DNA of 64,000 nucleotides from Octopus bimaculoides (taxonomy: Eukaryota): contig NC_068982.1 in NCBI RefSeq assembly GCF_001194135.2, positions 162,540,026 to 162,604,025 on the forward strand. Direction: 5' to 3'. Within the stretch, counting starts at the first letter, position 1, and every line of letters begins with the position of its first letter. Made by a program: the position numbers and the translations under genes. The notes under the pieces were generated by a model, which saw nothing but the letters and a program-made list of their open reading frames with translations, had not been told where the DNA came from and ran no database searches. Shown here piece after piece: positions 1 to 11,923 of the stretch.

Positions 1-326
1 CACTGGCTACATCTTATAGAGTTTCTACCTACGCCTTTTCTACAGATCAGGCAGGGTAGTATTATTATTAATCATATATGTGCATACACACAGACACGCA
101 CACACACACACACACACACACATGTATCAATTCTTATCTGTTTATGCAAGCAGTTAAGTCAATTTATTTCACATAATCAAAAGCACTTTGATACATCATA
201 TCACAGAGAGTCTTTATGTGATCATTTAGTTTGCTAGAAATCATCGTCAAATGTCTCTCAAATCAAACTCTGTCACACATTCGACTTACATGTTTCCTCA
301 AAAAATGGGATGATCATGGATGGCAT

Positions 327-1440
327 ATCATCATCATCGCCGTTTAACGTCCACTTTCCATACTGGCATGGGTTAGACGATTTGACTGAGGACTGGCGTG
401 CCAGAAGGCTGGACTAGGCTCCAATCTGATCTGGCAAAGTTTCTACAGCTGGATGTCCTTCCTAACGCCAACCACTCTGAGTGTAGTGGGTACTTTTACG
501 TGCCACTGGCATGAGGGCCAGTCCAGCGGCACTAGCAACGACCACACTTGAATGTTGTTTTTCATGTGCCACCAGCACATGTGCCAGTAAGGCAACGCTG
601 GCAATGATCACGCTTGAATGGTGCGTTTTACGTGCCACCGACACGGGAGCCAGTCAGTGGCCTTGGCAACGATCATGCTCAGATGGTGCTTTTAATGTTC
701 CACTGGCATGAGTGCCAATCAGGCGGTACTATCATCAGCCATGTCAGCGATTTGGATTTCACTTGCCTCAACAGGTCTTCGCAAGCAAAGTTTATTGTCC
801 AGTGAATGAAGGGTACTCATAAGTGGGCTGGTTATACACCACTGGCATAGGCCACAGGTTATGGTCTCACTTGGCTTGTTGGGTCTTCTCAAGCACAGCA
901 TATCTCCAAAGGTCTTGGTCACTAGTCATTGCCTCGGTGAGGCCCAATGTTCGAAGGTTGTGCTTCACCATCTCATCCCATGTCTTCCTGGGTCTACCTC
1001 TTCCACAGGTTCCCTCAACTGCTAGGGTGTGACACTTTTTCACACAGCTATCCTCATCCATTCGCAACCAGTGCAGTCATCTCTCTTGCACACCACATCT
1101 GATGCTTCTTAAGTCCAACTTTTCTCTCAGGGCACTTACTCTCTGTCATGTATGCACACTGACATTACACATCCAGCGGAGCATACTGGCTTCATTCCTT
1201 GTAAGCTTACACATGTCCTCAGCTGTCAGGGCCCATGTCTCACTGCCATGTAGCATGGCTGTTCGTACACATGCATCATATAATCTACCTTTTACTCTGA
1301 GCGAGAGGCCCTTTGTCACCAGCAGAGGTAAGAGCTCTCTGAACTTTGCCCAGGCTATTCTTATTCTAGCAGCTACACTTTCAGAGCCCCCCCCCCACTA
1401 GGTGATTTGACCACCTAGGTAACAAAAGCTATCAAATACT
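327..1440 (-). mobile_element. RTE-clade non-LTR retrotransposon, 5'-truncated (RT C-terminus, 3'UTR, (GAT)n tail)
   Basis: Minus-strand peptides ...[17 protein letters not shown]...[38 protein letters not shown], typical of the RTE C-terminus; tail revcomp catcatcatcgccgtttaacg at 327. Confidence 0.9.
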
Positions 1441-1494
1441 TGTCTTTGATAGTAAATCTGCTTGAACCTGGTGCTAAACAGCAAAAACATTCAG

Positions 1495-2140
1495 CAGTAA
1501 CACTAACAACAGGGCCAACAAGGAAATCTTAATGAGGTCACTAGAGGTTCAAGAAATTGCAGTCAGATCTTCCTCCCTAGAACAAACTAAATAATGTTGG
1601 ACAAAGTAATGATGGTCACAACTGGAATGCCTTTGGTCATAGGTTTGCTCAAACCAGGATGACCTGGACTAAACAACTCTCACAATACTACCACCACCCC
1701 AACAATACAATCACTACTACTACTGCCACTACCAGTTTAAATAGAGTCTCTATGTGGTAGCTCAACCTGTTAGAAATAGCTGCTAAATCAACCTGGATCA
1801 CACTCTACCTCTTAAAGAAGGAAGGCTACAGTAGACAATGTAGTGACAGATATGCAAAAAAGACAGAATGGTCACAATTGAAATGACTTTGATCTTAGGT
1901 TTGCTTTAGTTGTACTGACCAAGGGCCTAAGCAACAATAACAACACCATTGACAACATTCTCTGCTGGGAGTCACAGCATGGTTGTTCAACCTGCTAGAA
2001 ATAGCAGCAAAATCTCCTTAAAATTACATCCTCCTTTTTTGAAAAGAGAGGAACATTTTGGATCAACACAGAATCTGAAAGGACGGAGTGGTCAAGACTG
2101 GAAATCTTTTGGTCATAGATGTGCTGAACTACATCTAAAT
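1495..2140 (+). repeat. Three tandem copies of an (AAC)n-tailed interspersed repeat (family C)
   Basis: caacctgctagaaatagcagc.aaatct...ggtcata.gg..tgctca...gacctgg..ctaaacaac; further copies at about 7785, 25355, 30495 and 55085 (+) and 19000 (-). Confidence 0.7.
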
Positions 2141-2676
2141 AGCAAAAATCCACATATAAGATATTCAACTTTTCTTTAAGAAACCACATAATATTCATTA
2201 AAGAAATACCTTTAATGTCTCCATCATTATGTCATATGCAAAATCTAAATTTGCAGCTTCTCTAAATGATATATCACAAGGATTTATCCTCACATCCACC
2301 CTCTGGCCTACAGTCATGCTGCTGCTTCTTTCTGTCTGTTCTGTTGCTACCATAATGACCACTGCTTCTTGGAACTGGTTGGTCTGTATTTCCAACATTC
2401 AGACACACCCAACCCACTCTTCTCTGCACTACTCCTCACCCTTTCTGTGTCTCCAACCCGACCAACCCTAACCTAATGACTATACTCTGGCTTTTCTCCT
2501 CAGAACATTGACCTTTTGGAAATTTCTCTTTGTTCAGGTCTTTCCTGTAGTCTTGTAACAATTTAAACAGAACATTAACAGCATTGATCTTAGTTGCCTT
2601 GGAGAGCCTCCAAGAATCAAAGATAACTTCCACTTCCTGCAGTTATTTTGTACCTACCCAACATTCCTATATCTCC

Positions 2677-2722
<46 letters not shown>

Positions 2723-3399
2723 CTCATATGACACCACACTTACTTCATTTCACCATTCCTCAGATACAATTCCACAGCTATTCTAATCCCAGAAACCTGG
2801 CTTTGAGTAAGTAAACTAAAAGTGGCACTCAATAAATAATTTCTCTCCTTACCCAAATCTGTCCATAACAAATTTCTAAGAGCTCATAACAGCACATCAC
2901 AACATCATCATAAGAAATTACTCTCTCCTCCCATACATACTCAGTCCAGACAAAAAACATGCACAAATACAAGTAACTATAATGCCAATAGTCACATTTG
3001 TTTCATATTGCTGGCTGTAGCTTTATCTTTTAGTTAATTAAATTATGAATTATAATGCAAACATTACAGATATCACATACTGTGTGTTTTGTTTATGTGC
3101 TCATTAGCTGCAGGGTAGTGCCAGAGAAAATATCCCCGGAAATGTCCCTTGAGGATCATGAAAGTTGAAAAATATTGAGTACCTCAAAACAAGTGGGACA
3201 ACTTGTGCTATAAATGATCAAGAATGATGACTGTTGATATTTTGTAATTTTGCAGCTCCTCAGCATCATGTACTCAAGTCACCTTGGAGTAAACTGAGAT
3301 TGTTTGAGTGTGGTGTATATGCAAATGGCATAGAGTTTATTCGCTGATGTGCAACAGTGCTGCACCGAGAAAACAAAATTAAATTATGAATTATAAGCA

Positions 3400-3612
3400 G
3401 CTCTAATTTTTGGCACAGAGCCAGCAGTTTTTGAGGAGAGGGAAAGTTGATTACATCAACCCCAGTATTTGATTGGAACTTATTCTATCAACTCCAACAG
3501 GATGAAAGGAAAAGTTGACCTCAATGGAATTTAAACTCAAAACATAAAGACAAATGAAATGCTGCTAAGCATTTTACCCAACAAGCTAACAATTCTGCTG
3601 GCTCACTACCTT
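3400..3612 (-). mobile_element. SINE family A copy
   Basis: Revcomp homology to 56825..57055 (ggatgaaaggaaaagttgacctc, ctgctggctcactacc). Confidence 0.75.
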
Positions 3613-4014
3613 TGATGAGCAGCTTTAATAATGTAAACATTATCAATACCATGTACTTACTGTATGTGTTTTGTTTATGAGCTTATTAACTGTTGGAAAG
3701 TGGTGGGAGAAATATCCCTTTTAAAAAAGGCCAAATGTTGAAGAATACTGAATATCTCAAACCAGATGAGACAACTTGCCCCATAAGTGATCAAGAACAG
3801 TCTGGTACGTATTTTGCCAGTTTCCTTTTGATGAACAGCTAAGTTATTTGTGAACTTTTAAAGCTATTAACATTTTATTTATTAATTTGTGGCAAAACGA
3901 ATGTCATTTCCACAATTAGCATTAAAAAAACTACATCTATGCATCAAATCTGAAATCAATTGGAACAAAATTTAAGGAAATGAAATGTGAAAGCCAAACA
4001 GGAAAGATCCAAGT

Positions 4015-4312
4015 CTGGTACTTATCCTATTGTTCTGTTTTGCCAAACTGCTAAGTTATGGGGATGTAAACACACCAACACTTGTTGTTCAGTGGTGGAG
4101 GGGTACAAAGACAGACACACACACACACACACACACAAACACACAGGCACATACATATGACAGGCTTCTTTCAGTTTGTATCTACCAAATTCACTCACAA
4201 AGCTTTGGTCAGCCTGAAGCTATAGTAGAAGAGACTTGCCCAAGGTGTCTTGCAGTAGGACCGAAACCAGAACCATGTGGGTAAGAAGCAAACTTCTTAC
4301 CAGGCAGTCATG
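4015..4312 (-). mobile_element. tRNA-derived SINE family B (head, internal CA/TA microsatellite, tail)
   Basis: ttctttcagtttgtatctaccaaattcactcacaaagctttggtc...acttgcccaaggtg...aaccatgtgg. Confidence 0.75.
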
Positions 4313-4729
4313 CATGTGAATATATAATATATACACATATAAATGTATATATTTCACTACTTTATTGTGTGTGCGTGTGTGTGTGTTTGTGTCATCATTA
4401 TCATCATTTAGCATCCGATTTCCATGCTGGCATGGGTTACACTGACTGGAACTAATAAGCCAGAGAGGTTGCCCAGTTCCAGTCTCATTTATATATACAT
4501 ACATATATAAACACACGTATCTGGAATAAAAGACTGTTGCCAGTGGTACCTATAGCAGATCCAAAGAGACTACTTACTGAAGACTGCTGTCTGGTACACT
4601 ATTAAAACAAGACAAATCACATCCTTAACACACATGCAGCATGTACTGAGGAGTGACTGTGACTGCTGATCTTGTTGCTTAGTTGTGGTAAGGTTAGTAA
4701 CAGTACAACATTAATGACAATGATGATGG

Positions 4730-5361
4730 TGAGGCAAGTGAAATCGAAATCGAACTAAATTTGTAGGAACACTAACTCGGCTTGTGAAGACCTGTTGGGG
4801 CAAGCGAAAGCGAAATCGTGATGGCACTTGTACCAGTGGAGCACTAAGAGCACCGTCCGAGCGCGATCATTGCCAGAGCAGCTGTCTGGCTTCCGTGCTG
4901 GTGGCACATAAATAGCACCAGCGTGATCGTTACCAACGTTGCCTTCCTGGCACTTGTGCCAGTGGCACGTGAAAAGACATTCAAGCGAGATCGTTGCCAG
5001 TGCCGTTGGACTGGCTCCTGTGCAGGTGACACGTAAAACACACCATTTCGAGCATGGCTGTTGCCAGTAAGACATTCGAGCGAGATCGTTGCCAGTGCCG
5101 CTGGTCTGGCTCCTGTGCAGGTGGCACGTAAAATACACCATTTTGAGCGTGGCTGTCGCCAGTACCGCCCTCCTGGCACGTAAAAGCACCCACTACACTC
5201 TCGGAGTGGTTGGCGTTAGGAAGGGCATCCAGCTGTAGAAACTCTGCCAAATTAGATTGGAGCCTGGTGTCGCCTCCTGGTCCACCAGTCCTCAGTCAAA
5301 TTGTCCAACCCATGCTAGCATGGAAAGCAGACGTTAAACAACAATGATAATGATGATGATG
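4730..5361 (+). mobile_element. RTE LINE 3'UTR fragment with internal subrepeats and tail
   Basis: Same 3' end as other copies (ggcgttaggaagggcatccagctgtagaaac...gcagacgttaaac) followed by a GAT tail. Confidence 0.85.
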
Positions 5362-5765
5362 GGTCATTTGTGACATTCAAAAGAAATGAGGAATGAGGAT
5401 AGCTAGCCTGTCAAATGTGTTAATACTGAGGAGTGGTCATGGCTGCTGGTCATTCTTGTTGTTGTTGCTGTTGCCACATTGTTTTGATGTTAATGATGCC
5501 TTAGTTCAGAATTATATCTTTCTAAGGAAATTCCCTTAGGAATTTCATGATCAACTTCACCATTTTTTAAAAATTTATGTTTATCCTTTGTTTTTGTTTT
5601 GAGAATGAATCTAACTTCAAGCAACTTTTACAGATCAATTTTTAAATACTATTTTCTGAACATAGCAAAGGTATGTAGGAGATGCAAATTTTGATTTTGC
5701 ATGCCACCAAAAATTTTAGGGTATGCAAGTCCACCACCTACACCCTCTGTTCCTTGGTCCTTGTG

Positions 5766-5802
<37 letters not shown>

Positions 5803-6164
5803 GCACACAGACACACACATATATATACTCTTTTTTTTAAGTGTGTTGACAGACGTGCACTTAAAATTCCCACATTTAAAATTAAAACTAATTAGTTACT
5901 ATGGTGGCAACACTACCTACCTATCTATCTATCTTTCACTCTCTCTCTCTGTATTTCTCTCTCTCAACAATAACTTTTTCTCCTCTCCTTCTTCTAAAAT
6001 ATGTTGTGACATATATTTTGATTCCTCCCCTTCTTTTCCTTGCTCTAAGTGATGTTGTGACAGACAGCAATCTGCTTCCCTTTTATAATACAAGATAATT
6101 AGGTGGCAACCTGATAAAATTGTTAGATCACTGGACAAAATAAGTAACATTTTGTGTAACTTTA

Positions 6165-6425
6165 CATCTTGAGATCAAAAGCTACCAAGGTCAGCTTTAC
6201 CTTTTATCCTTTTGAGATCAATAAAATAGAGTCTAGTTGAGTACTGGGCTCAACCTAATCGACTAGCCCCCTCAGCCTAAAGTTCAAATACTGCCAAGAC
6301 TGACTTTGCCTTTTATCTTTTTATGGTCAATAAAATATTTACAGTTGAGTCCTGGGGTCAATGTAACTGATGTCGCTCTCCTCTCAAAATTGCTAGCCTT
6401 GTGCCAAAACTAGAAAGAATTATCA
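6165..6425 (+). mobile_element. Two tandem partial SINE family A copies
   Basis: Repeated ctttgccttttatc...gtcaataaaat...ttgagt.ctgggg core. Confidence 0.65.
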
Positions 6426-6567
6426 TTATTTTAAAAACATGGACAAGAAAACCAGACATTTGGTTTGAATGATTGTAACAGGTTTAACTTTGTTAAGGCA
6501 ATTAAGGACCAGAAACTGAACAGATTGTAAGGCCTCCTTAACTTGTTGGATGCATGATAATCTAGAA

Positions 6568-6823
6568 CAGAGATTCTCAACCATTTTTTGCCTATGGATC
6601 CCCTTTGATTCCTATTTTACTCTTCTGGATGCCCCATTGTCATTCAGCTTATTTAAAAAAAACTTATATTTTTATAATTAAATATTATCAAGAATTGTAT
6701 TAAAAAATATTAAAATATTTTGTCTATCATAGAAGTATAACTGATTTATGGCACATAGATTTTAACAACAAAATCTTATATGGACACACCAAGGGTCACA
6801 TGGACCCAGGTTGAGAACCACTG
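6568..6823 (+). mobile_element. hAT (Charlie-like) MITE, 256 bp
   Basis: TIRs cagagattctcaacc / ggttgagaaccactg (13/15 match), perfect 8-bp TSD atctagaa at 6560-6567 and 6824-6831, subterminal atggaccc motifs. Confidence 0.9.
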
Positions 6824-7329
6824 ATCTAGAACAATCAGTAGATTGTGCCAAGTCATTTGACAAAATATCTATGTACCATGAGGCTTGACAGATCTAGATT
6901 GACCCAAAGCTAAACAACAGCTCTGCTATCAGCTTCTGCAAATTGTATCTCAAAATATTCAATAATACTTTTTTTTTTCTAAACCAACAAATATTCAATC
7001 CTGAATATTCATTTCTTTAAATATTTGCTTTGCTAAAGCTTCAAACAGTTACCCCAAAACTAAGATTATACCGATCGCCAATAAAGCTAAAACATATCCG
7101 AAGTTATTTCCCATACATATTGTAAACCCAATGAGTCATGGAGCAACTAGCATTTTCTTTTTCTCTATATACTTTTACCTCATTTAAGCTTCTAGCTTTA
7201 AATGTTCTACGCATTAAATATGCTATCACATACTAAATTACCAATTCCACTTACACCATCAGTAGTTTTACTATTTCACCATCTACACAAAATTTAACTT
7301 TCTCCCTAAGTGTCCTTAAGAAATTTAAC

Positions 7330-7895
7330 TATGGTAAGCAAGGAAGTGAACGTAATGATGATATATTTGTGAGTTTGCGGTAGTAACAGTTTGCGCGCGC
7401 GGGCGTGTCATTGCGAATGAATGATAACGGTTGTTGTGTATTGCATGTTAATATGCGTATAACTTTTTGCACCGAACTAAATGTGGGTGTGGGTGTGTGT
7501 GAGAGAGAGAGACTTGAGTATGTAAACAGATGTGATTAAGATTACTGAAAAAAGTTAGAGAGAAAAGGGTGAAGTAGAAAAACTACTAGAAGATTATTAC
7601 ATTCTAAATTAAGGCTGCTTAATGTTTAAATCCACTTATTTAGTCCAGTTCACAGAAGAGTGAAGTACATTTGCGAAACCCTCACTGACTACCGCAGAGA
7701 GAGAGTCCATGTTCAAAGTCGATTATCTCACGTCGACAACAACGAAATTTTTGTGTATCGGAAGGTCACCCGTACACGGTACTCGGCTCGCTAGAAATAG
7801 AAATAGCAACCCAGTCGCCTTCAAATCACGCACGAACTAGTCAACCTGGGATCACCTGCGACTAAACAACTGTATAGTTATCTAAGAACGGGAAC
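7330..7895 (+). promoter_or_regulatory. Probable promoter/5'UTR region of the MAO-like gene
   Basis: Visible CpG enrichment (gcgcgcgcgggcg at about 7393) immediately upstream of ATG 7896; TSS not determinable. Confidence 0.4.
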
Positions 7896-8013
7896 ATGGA
7901 CACTCGGAAGACAAATGTGGCCATCATTGGGGCTGGACTCTCTGGACTGTCCGCAGCTTACTACCTGGCCAAAACAGACAAATCTATCCGTCTGACAGTG
8001 ATAGAAGCTAAAG
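7896..8013 (+). CDS. MAO: MAO-like exon 1 ([39 protein letters not shown])
   Basis: ATG 7896, FAD-binding GxGxxG, donor G|GTTAGT. Confidence 0.92.
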
Positions 8014-11000
8014 GTTAGTTCCACCTACTCTCATTCTTCCCACACCTTTCGCCTTCTCCGACGAGGTTCCTTCGCTTATTATTTTTGTTTTTATACATAC
8101 ATATACGTTATAACGTGAAGCAAAAGGTAGGTTCTAAGTGAATTAGAGGTCTAATCAATCAATACTGATTTGCGGCGAAACAGCTCATACCTCAAATACA
8201 ATTTACGTAGCTTAACACACACACATACATGTATATTTACAAATACGCACACTAAACACCCATACAAAAGCCAAAAGAAGGGAGACCACTTAGTGTTAGA
8301 AGTAGCAACTAAATCTCCCTCAAATCACATCGTACTGTCTTAATACATTGAACATTTTAACTATACATGTGAATGAATGAATATCTCTACCCTCGTGACT
8401 AAGGGACGGAAGGGGAGGATCTCAAACACAACTGTGTTTGCTTTCTCTTCGAGATGAATAGGGTCCGTGGGCTCCGCCGAGTCCTCTCTCGGCCCGATCT
8501 ACTGTTCGAGTTGACTCCTTTAGCGTAAGTCGTTTCGTAGACACTCAGAAAGCAAAGAGGGTTTATACTCAGAGATGTCCTCCTGGTTTAAATGCTTTTC
8601 AAAACTGTCGAGCTCAGACCATCCATCCAGTTTCTTCTGGAGACATGTTTTAACAAAAAGAAACTAAAACATGCCTCCCTCCTTCCCTCCCAATGACCTT
8701 ATAGCATATCGGGCAATAACTTGGAATTTCTAAAGCCTTACACTATAGCTAGATAGTCGTTGACCCTACCTGTTTCCATCCGCCGATTATCGAGTATTGT
8801 TTATGTTAAGTTTCTAGCTACCCTCCTCATTAGCCAAGCCTGGTGGGGAAGCCGGTATACTTGCTGACGACCTCATCATACAACAGGTTGTACTGAACTA
8901 CATGATAAGAATAGCTCGCGTGAGTGAGTATTAAATATGTGCCCCAACCCATCGTTTTTGTCAAAAACTTTCGGATTCCTATTTTCAGCCATACAGATTA
9001 TGACTTTTGCAACGTGGTGTAAGAACTTTGACAAATAAACAAATAATAATCAAATTCACTTCCTCAATTCTTTTTTGTCTGCATTAAAAAAAAATCGGCG
9101 AAGGTAAAGAATACGCACACCACCCGTTTTCGGCGGTTAGGTTTAGGGTTAGATTTACGCAGAAAACGGGTGGCGTGCATGTTCTTTACCTCCGCTAAAA
9201 ATTCTACTTATAAAAATAGAGAAATTTTTGAAAGATAATTTTTCAAAAACTTCAATATTTTAAATCAGCCCCTCCTCCAAATTTCAGAATAACAACCACA
9301 CAAACAATAACGAATGCATCAGCACAAGTGTTCTCCCCCCCCCCCCNNNNNNNNNNNNNNNNNNNNNNNNNNNNNNNNNNNNNNNNNNNNNNNNNNNNNN
9401 NNNNNNNNNATCATATTAGATACATTGTTTACACTCCCACCTCTTTATTAATGAGAAGGCGGAATATATTTTGCAATTCTTTTTTCGCCATGGTGCGCGA
9501 CAAGTTTTAAATTTTAAATAATTTTTTTTAAGCCAATTGTTCTCAATCTTCTAAAGCCCTCCTAAGGAGAAGGGAACTGCCTTCCTATGAGAAACACAGC
9601 ATTGATTAACACTTTTAAGACTCACAATTGCACACCAATAATCTTTCTTTTCCTCACCGTGGAAGTTTGCAACAGGTTGTTATACAATTTCAATTTACTG
9701 CATTATTATAATGTAGTGGTTCTCAAACTGACAAATGCCACCGCCACTTACCTTCACCCTGCACTAAAATATCAGGGCAATATTTTTGCCTCCCTACTCA
9801 TGAATTGTTTCTACTATAGACACCAAGCTTGAAATTTTGAGGGAGAGAGTCAATTACATTGTCTCTAGTACTCAACTGTATTTATTTTATCGCCTCTGAA
9901 AGGCAAAGTAGATCTTGGTGGAATTTGAACCCAGAACATAAAACCAGATGAAATGCCGTTAAGCATTTTGTCCGGCACGCCGAAGATTCTGCCAGTTCGC
10001 TATCTTTCCTCTAATAGTTAATGAAATCTTTCTCCGCCATGGTGTTGGGAAAGTTTTGTTTCAAATCTGTAAAAACCAACCCCTAAAACCATTTAAACCT
10101 TCAGACTAAAATGATAATTTTATGTATAAACTTTAAGAAAATTCAGTATTTCTCTCAAAAGCTGCATCATTACACATTCCTGTAGACCTGCACTTAGTTT
10201 CTCGACTGATTTCTTAATCTTTCGCTATTATCACATTCACACCCAGAATAGATTATAGCGAGATGGTTTTTTTTTTCATTAGGCGGAGGAAAAGGGGGTT
10301 GACAAATCGCCGTTTTGAAAAAACAACATCAGTTGAAACCTTTCGGATTTGTGCAACGTAGCAAAGACAAAAAAAAAACAAATTCTATTTTTTCTCATTA
10401 ATGAAAAACATTTCCTTAATATTTAATACGGACGGGGAGGGGTAGTGTGAGAACNNNNNNNNNNNNNNNNNNNNNNNNNNNNNNNNNNNNNNNNNNNNNN
10501 NNNNNNNNNNNNNNNNNNNNNNNNNNNNNNNNNNNNNNNNNNNNNNNNNNNNNNNNNATTTTGGGGGAAGAAACCAGTCGATTACATCGACCCCAATGCT
10601 CAACTGGTACTTATTTTATCAACCCCGAAAGGATGAAAGGTAAAATCGACCTCAGCAGAATTTGAGCTCAGAACGCAAAAACGGACGAAATGTCGCTAAA
10701 CATGAATACTGCCACTTCCATCGCCTTAACCTACTTAATAAATTGAAATTGCCTAACAACTGGTCGAACGCGTTTAAGAAAGATTGAAGTAGAAGAGGGC
10801 GTACAATAACGACAGTTTTAAAGTGTTAATGCAGTGTTTTGCATATGAAAGGAGACCTTCACTTAAGTGAGATTTTGAGGGTTGAAAAAAAAAGCTCGGA
10901 CAAATTGTCATGTTTTAAAAAAATCATTACTTGAAACTTGTCGGTCACCGTACTGAAACAGTGTTCAAGTGCACCACAGGTAATCAGAAAAGGCAGCCAA

Positions 11001-11875
11001 AAGTGCGTGTATAGAATAATGCACAGGAAGTGAAAGTGAATGAGTCGATTAAAAAAAAAGCGGGAATGCTCGGGTGTACTGTTGGCGAATTTCGGGAAGC
11101 AGGGAAGTTTTGAAGGTTGTAATGTCCAGATAGCCAACAATTGATGCGGATAGTTTCTTCCATGCTTCTGCAATTCCGAGCATGAAAAATTGTTTCCGAA
11201 AGTCATGATGTTTTTTTTTGTTGTTTTTTATTTTATTTCATAAGCATATCCACGAGCATTATAAGGAGGCAAATTGCATTTTGCTTTCACATTTATAAAA
11301 GAGGACAAACTATGCCCCTAATATTTCAGTGTATGGTGGTAGTAGCGGTGGCGACGGAGATAACAACTGCGCTTTCTTTATTTTTGTCGGGCGGATATTA
11401 TTATACCGAAAGTTGAAAAAAAAATTTTTTTATAAAGTTAAATTTTGTCAAAGAAAATAATTTTTTAGAATCGTAATCTCTATTATTTTTTAAATATTTT
11501 GAACGATATTGTCCAATGTTTTCTTCCATTTATAAGACGGTAGCTGAGTGTGGTTTGAGGGAAATTTGGTTGTAATCATGTCGAGCTCTCACCTTCAGGC
11601 TTCCCTCGTGTCGTCTGCTGTTTGCGTGTGCCTCCACGCATGCGCAAAGGAATGTAGGATTACTCTTTTACTTGTTTCAGTTATTTGACTGTGACCATGC
11701 TGGAGCATCGCCTTTAGTCGAACAAATCGACCCCGGGACTTATTCTTTGTAAGCCTAGTACTTATTCTATCGGTATCTTTTGCCGAACCGCTAAGTTACG
11801 GGGACGTAAACACAGGAGCATCAATTGTCAAACGATGTTGCGGGTACAAACACAGACACACAAACATATACACAC

Positions 11876-11923
<48 letters not shown>

